Both the position numbers and the translations under genes were made by a program. The notes under the pieces are model-generated. The model saw only the letters and a list, made by a program, of their open reading frames with translations, made no database searches and was not told the origin of the DNA. Positions 61,533-64,000 of a DNA stretch of 64,000 nt are shown piece by piece (the first letter of the stretch is position 1; each line of letters starts with the position of its first letter). This stretch comes from Microcoleus sp. Its GTDB lineage: Bacteria > Cyanobacteriota > Cyanobacteriia > Cyanobacteriales > Microcoleaceae. Location of the stretch: NCBI GenBank assembly GCA_052279835.1, contig CP181291.1, positions 3,968,001 to 4,032,000 of the forward strand, in the 5' to 3' direction.

Positions 61533-63689
61533 ATGCAAGAAATTCTTTATCTAGAAGTCCCGACACCGGATACGGCGGCCGTATGCACTTGGTTGCAACA
61601 GGAATTCGATCCCGGCATCGGACAAAAAGTGATTACTCCTGACGGTTTTCGACTGCTTTGGACCCCAACAGCCACCACGGCTAAAGACTCCTTCCCCCAA
61701 ATTGCCAATCCAAAATCCACCGTTGCCACCACCAAAACACTCAGCCAAAATCATCAATCCACAGAACTTTCCACCTTTGTGTGGTCAGTTCAACGTACCA
61801 CTTATTTAAAAGTGTTTCGTTTGGAAGATGCACCCCCTGGGGAAAAAAAATTCCTGGAATCGCTGAATTTGGGCTTGAGAAAAAAGTTTCCTGAGCTATA
61901 CCCAGAACCCCCAGTCATAGACCTCTCCAAACAGTCTATTTTTGAAGCTCTTGCCCCCTATTACCCCCTCACCGTTAAATACTTCCAAAAAATGCCCAAA
62001 GGCGAATACGACCTCCAGCGCGTCTACTGGTGGGAGCAGCGCTGGCGGGAAGGCACTCGCAATCCTCAACAGCCAAAACAAGTAGTGTTTTTGAAGGAAG
62101 AAGGCTCTTCGACTTCGGTCAGGGTAAAAACAGGGGAGAATGGACAAGAGACAATTCCAGTGCAGGATTCTGAGTCTTCTGTTTATGACTTAATTTATAT
62201 CGGCGGGGCCTTGGGAGTGATTCACGCCGCCGTCATGGCTAGATTGGGCTACCGGGTACTGTTGGTGGAACGAATGCCTTTTGGGCGGATGAATCGCGAG
62301 TGGAATATTTCGCGGGACGAAATTCAAAGTTTAATTGACTTGGGTTTATTTACTGCTGCGGAAGTGGAAACCTTGATTTCCAGAGAATATAAGGATGGCT
62401 ATAACAAGTTTTTTGATGCTAACAATCCGACCTTTGCTCAAGCACCAGTTTTACATACTCCCAAGGTACTAAATGTAGCTTTAGATGGCGAAAAGTTGCT
62501 GTATTTAGCAGGAGTTAAATTGACCGAAGCTGGCGGGGAAATCTGGGACGAAACTGAGTTTATCAGAGCCGATGTTGAAGGAGAAAAAGTAGTAGTTCAG
62601 GGCTGCCACTTGCCCACAAAGTCCGATCGCACCGCCGGAGGAAGGCTACTGGTGGATGCGATGGGTTCGGCTTCTCCCATAGCTTGGCAATTGAACGAAG
62701 GGCGGGCTTTTGACAGTGTTTGTCCCACTGTGGGAGCAGCCATCGAGGGAGGATTTGACCAGGCAGTTTGGGATTCCGAATACGGGGATGTGCTCTACAC
62801 TCACGGGGATATTTCCCGCGGCCGCCAGCTCATTTGGGAGTTGTTTCCCGGCGCTGGCGGAGAACTGACTGTTTATCTGTTTCACTACCACCAAGTCAAT
62901 CCACAAAATCCAGGTTCTTTGCTGGAATTGTACGAGGATTTTTTTGCAATTTTGCCTGAGTATCGTCGCTGCGATCTCGATCGATTGGTGTGGAAAAAAC
63001 CGACTTTTGGTTATATTCCTGGGCATTTTAGTACCAACAGTAGCGATCGCGCCGTGGCCTTCGATCGACTAATCTCGATCGGCGATGCAGCTTCCCTGCA
63101 ATCTCCCCTCGTTTTCACTGGTTTCGGCTCTCTGGTTCGCAATCTTTTCCGATTAACAGACCTATTAGATACAGCTTTAAAACACAATTTATTGAGTGCC
63201 AAGCACTTAAACCAAATTCGTGCTTATCAGAGCAATGTGTCAGTGACTTGGCTGTTTTCTAAAGGGATGATGGTTCCCACGGGTCGCAGTTTGCCACCCC
63301 AAAGAATTAATTCCATTCTCAATACCTTTTTCGGTATTTTAACCGAAGAAGAACTCACCGTAGCCGAAACATTTATTAAAGACCGGACGGATTGGTTAAC
63401 TTTCAATCGTTTGGCCCTGAAAGCTGCTCGAAAAAACCCTTCTCTGCTGCTGTGGATTTTGGATTTTGTGAGTGTCGGGGATATTTGGCGTTGGCTGGGG
63501 AGCTACTTCAACTTCACTTTGCTGGCTGTGGCGAGTTGGCTGTTTGGATGGCTCCCCCAATTCGCCCGCAGGATACAGCCTTGGCTGGAACCACGGTATC
63601 CCGCTGTTTGGTTGTGGCTGTTGGCTACTAGCTACGATCTCACCTACGGTATGGGAAGAGGGAGGAAGCAAGAAGCCAGAAGCCAGTGA
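61533..63689 (+). CDS. cruA: CruA-type lycopene cyclase (flavin-dependent)
   Basis: Flavin-binding YDLIYIGGALG, REWNISR.E and GDAASLQSPL.FTGFGS motifs; about 700-aa length with long N-terminus favours CruA over CruP. Confidence 0.8.
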   Translation: MQEILYLEVPTPDTAAVCTWLQQEFDPGIGQKVITPDGFRLLWTPTATTAKDSFPQIANPKSTVATTKTLSQNHQSTELSTFVWSVQRTTYLKVFRLEDAPPGEKKFLESLNLGLRKKFPELYPEPPVIDLSKQSIFEALAPYYPLTVKYFQKMPKGEYDLQRVYWWEQRWREGTRNPQQPKQVVFLKEEGSSTSVRVKTGENGQETIPVQDSESSVYDLIYIGGALGVIHAAVMARLGYRVLLVERMPFGRMNREWNISRDEIQSLIDLGLFTAAEVETLISREYKDGYNKFFDANNPTFAQAPVLHTPKVLNVALDGEKLLYLAGVKLTEAGGEIWDETEFIRADVEGEKVVVQGCHLPTKSDRTAGGRLLVDAMGSASPIAWQLNEGRAFDSVCPTVGAAIEGGFDQAVWDSEYGDVLYTHGDISRGRQLIWELFPGAGGELTVYLFHYHQVNPQNPGSLLELYEDFFAILPEYRRCDLDRLVWKKPTFGYIPGHFSTNSSDRAVAFDRLISIGDAASLQSPLVFTGFGSLVRNLFRLTDLLDTALKHNLLSAKHLNQIRAYQSNVSVTWLFSKGMMVPTGRSLPPQRINSILNTFFGILTEEELTVAETFIKDRTDWLTFNRLALKAARKNPSLLLWILDFVSVGDIWRWLGSYFNFTLLAVASWLFGWLPQFARRIQPWLEPRYPAVWLWLLATSYDLTYGMGRGRKQEARSQ

Positions 63690-64000
63690 GAGTCATAACT
63701 TTTCCAAGCAGTCGGGACTCTAGGGATTCTCTGTTTTTAGTAAACTATCGAAAACTGGGTAATTCAATGTCAGCCAGCGATCGACGCTTTTTAGCAGGGC
63801 TCCGCGGACTGGTAATCGAAGTCAACCAGTGGGGTTCTGCAACAGCTATAGGTTGGGGTGCGCTCGATCGCACTTCTTGAATGCCAAAGGTTTCCACAGA
63901 GTTCAAAATTTTAGCAGCCCGCACCAATTCCGGGCTGCTATATTTGGCAGTACCATTTTCTGTTTCCGGTTGAGCAACCGACTTTGGAGCCTCGACAATG

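Noticed and set aside
63686..64000. ORFs at the right edge of the window
   Set aside because: Short or truncated, with no identifiable product.

Overview
Chromosomal window from a filamentous cyanobacterium. HIP1 (GCGATCGC) is dense, and the repeat families suggest Oscillatoriales, Microcoleus/Tychonema-like (inference). Core genes include psaA-psaB, ndhF3-ndhD3-cupA, mraY, chlM, nagA, purE, two amt genes, ispH, aroA, ldhA and cruA. The accessory content is rich. (1) An IS110/IS621-type element (11500-13188) has a bridge RNA whose target and donor guides can be read directly from the sequence. It is inserted in a GTAG-type REP arm and carries an unexplained 20-unit, 20-bp tandem array in its left end. 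(2) A GxxExxY nuclease gene is bracketed by inverted 9-mer-periodic arms and sits beside two tandem, internally deleted mini-copies of itself; solo arms occur elsewhere in the window. This is a candidate undescribed mobile element family. (3) A tnpB IS605 element splits an mgtC gene, an IscB-derived mini-element sits exactly at an ATGA start codon, and there is a further IS605-end MITE. (4) A Menshen-like DUF262/ATPase/effector defence operon is present. (5) A repeated [hairpin <- promoter | small DNA-binding gene ->] array occurs at 26.2-27.2 kb. There is no rRNA, tRNA or CRISPR array that I can support. Family assignments come from motif recognition, not from searches.
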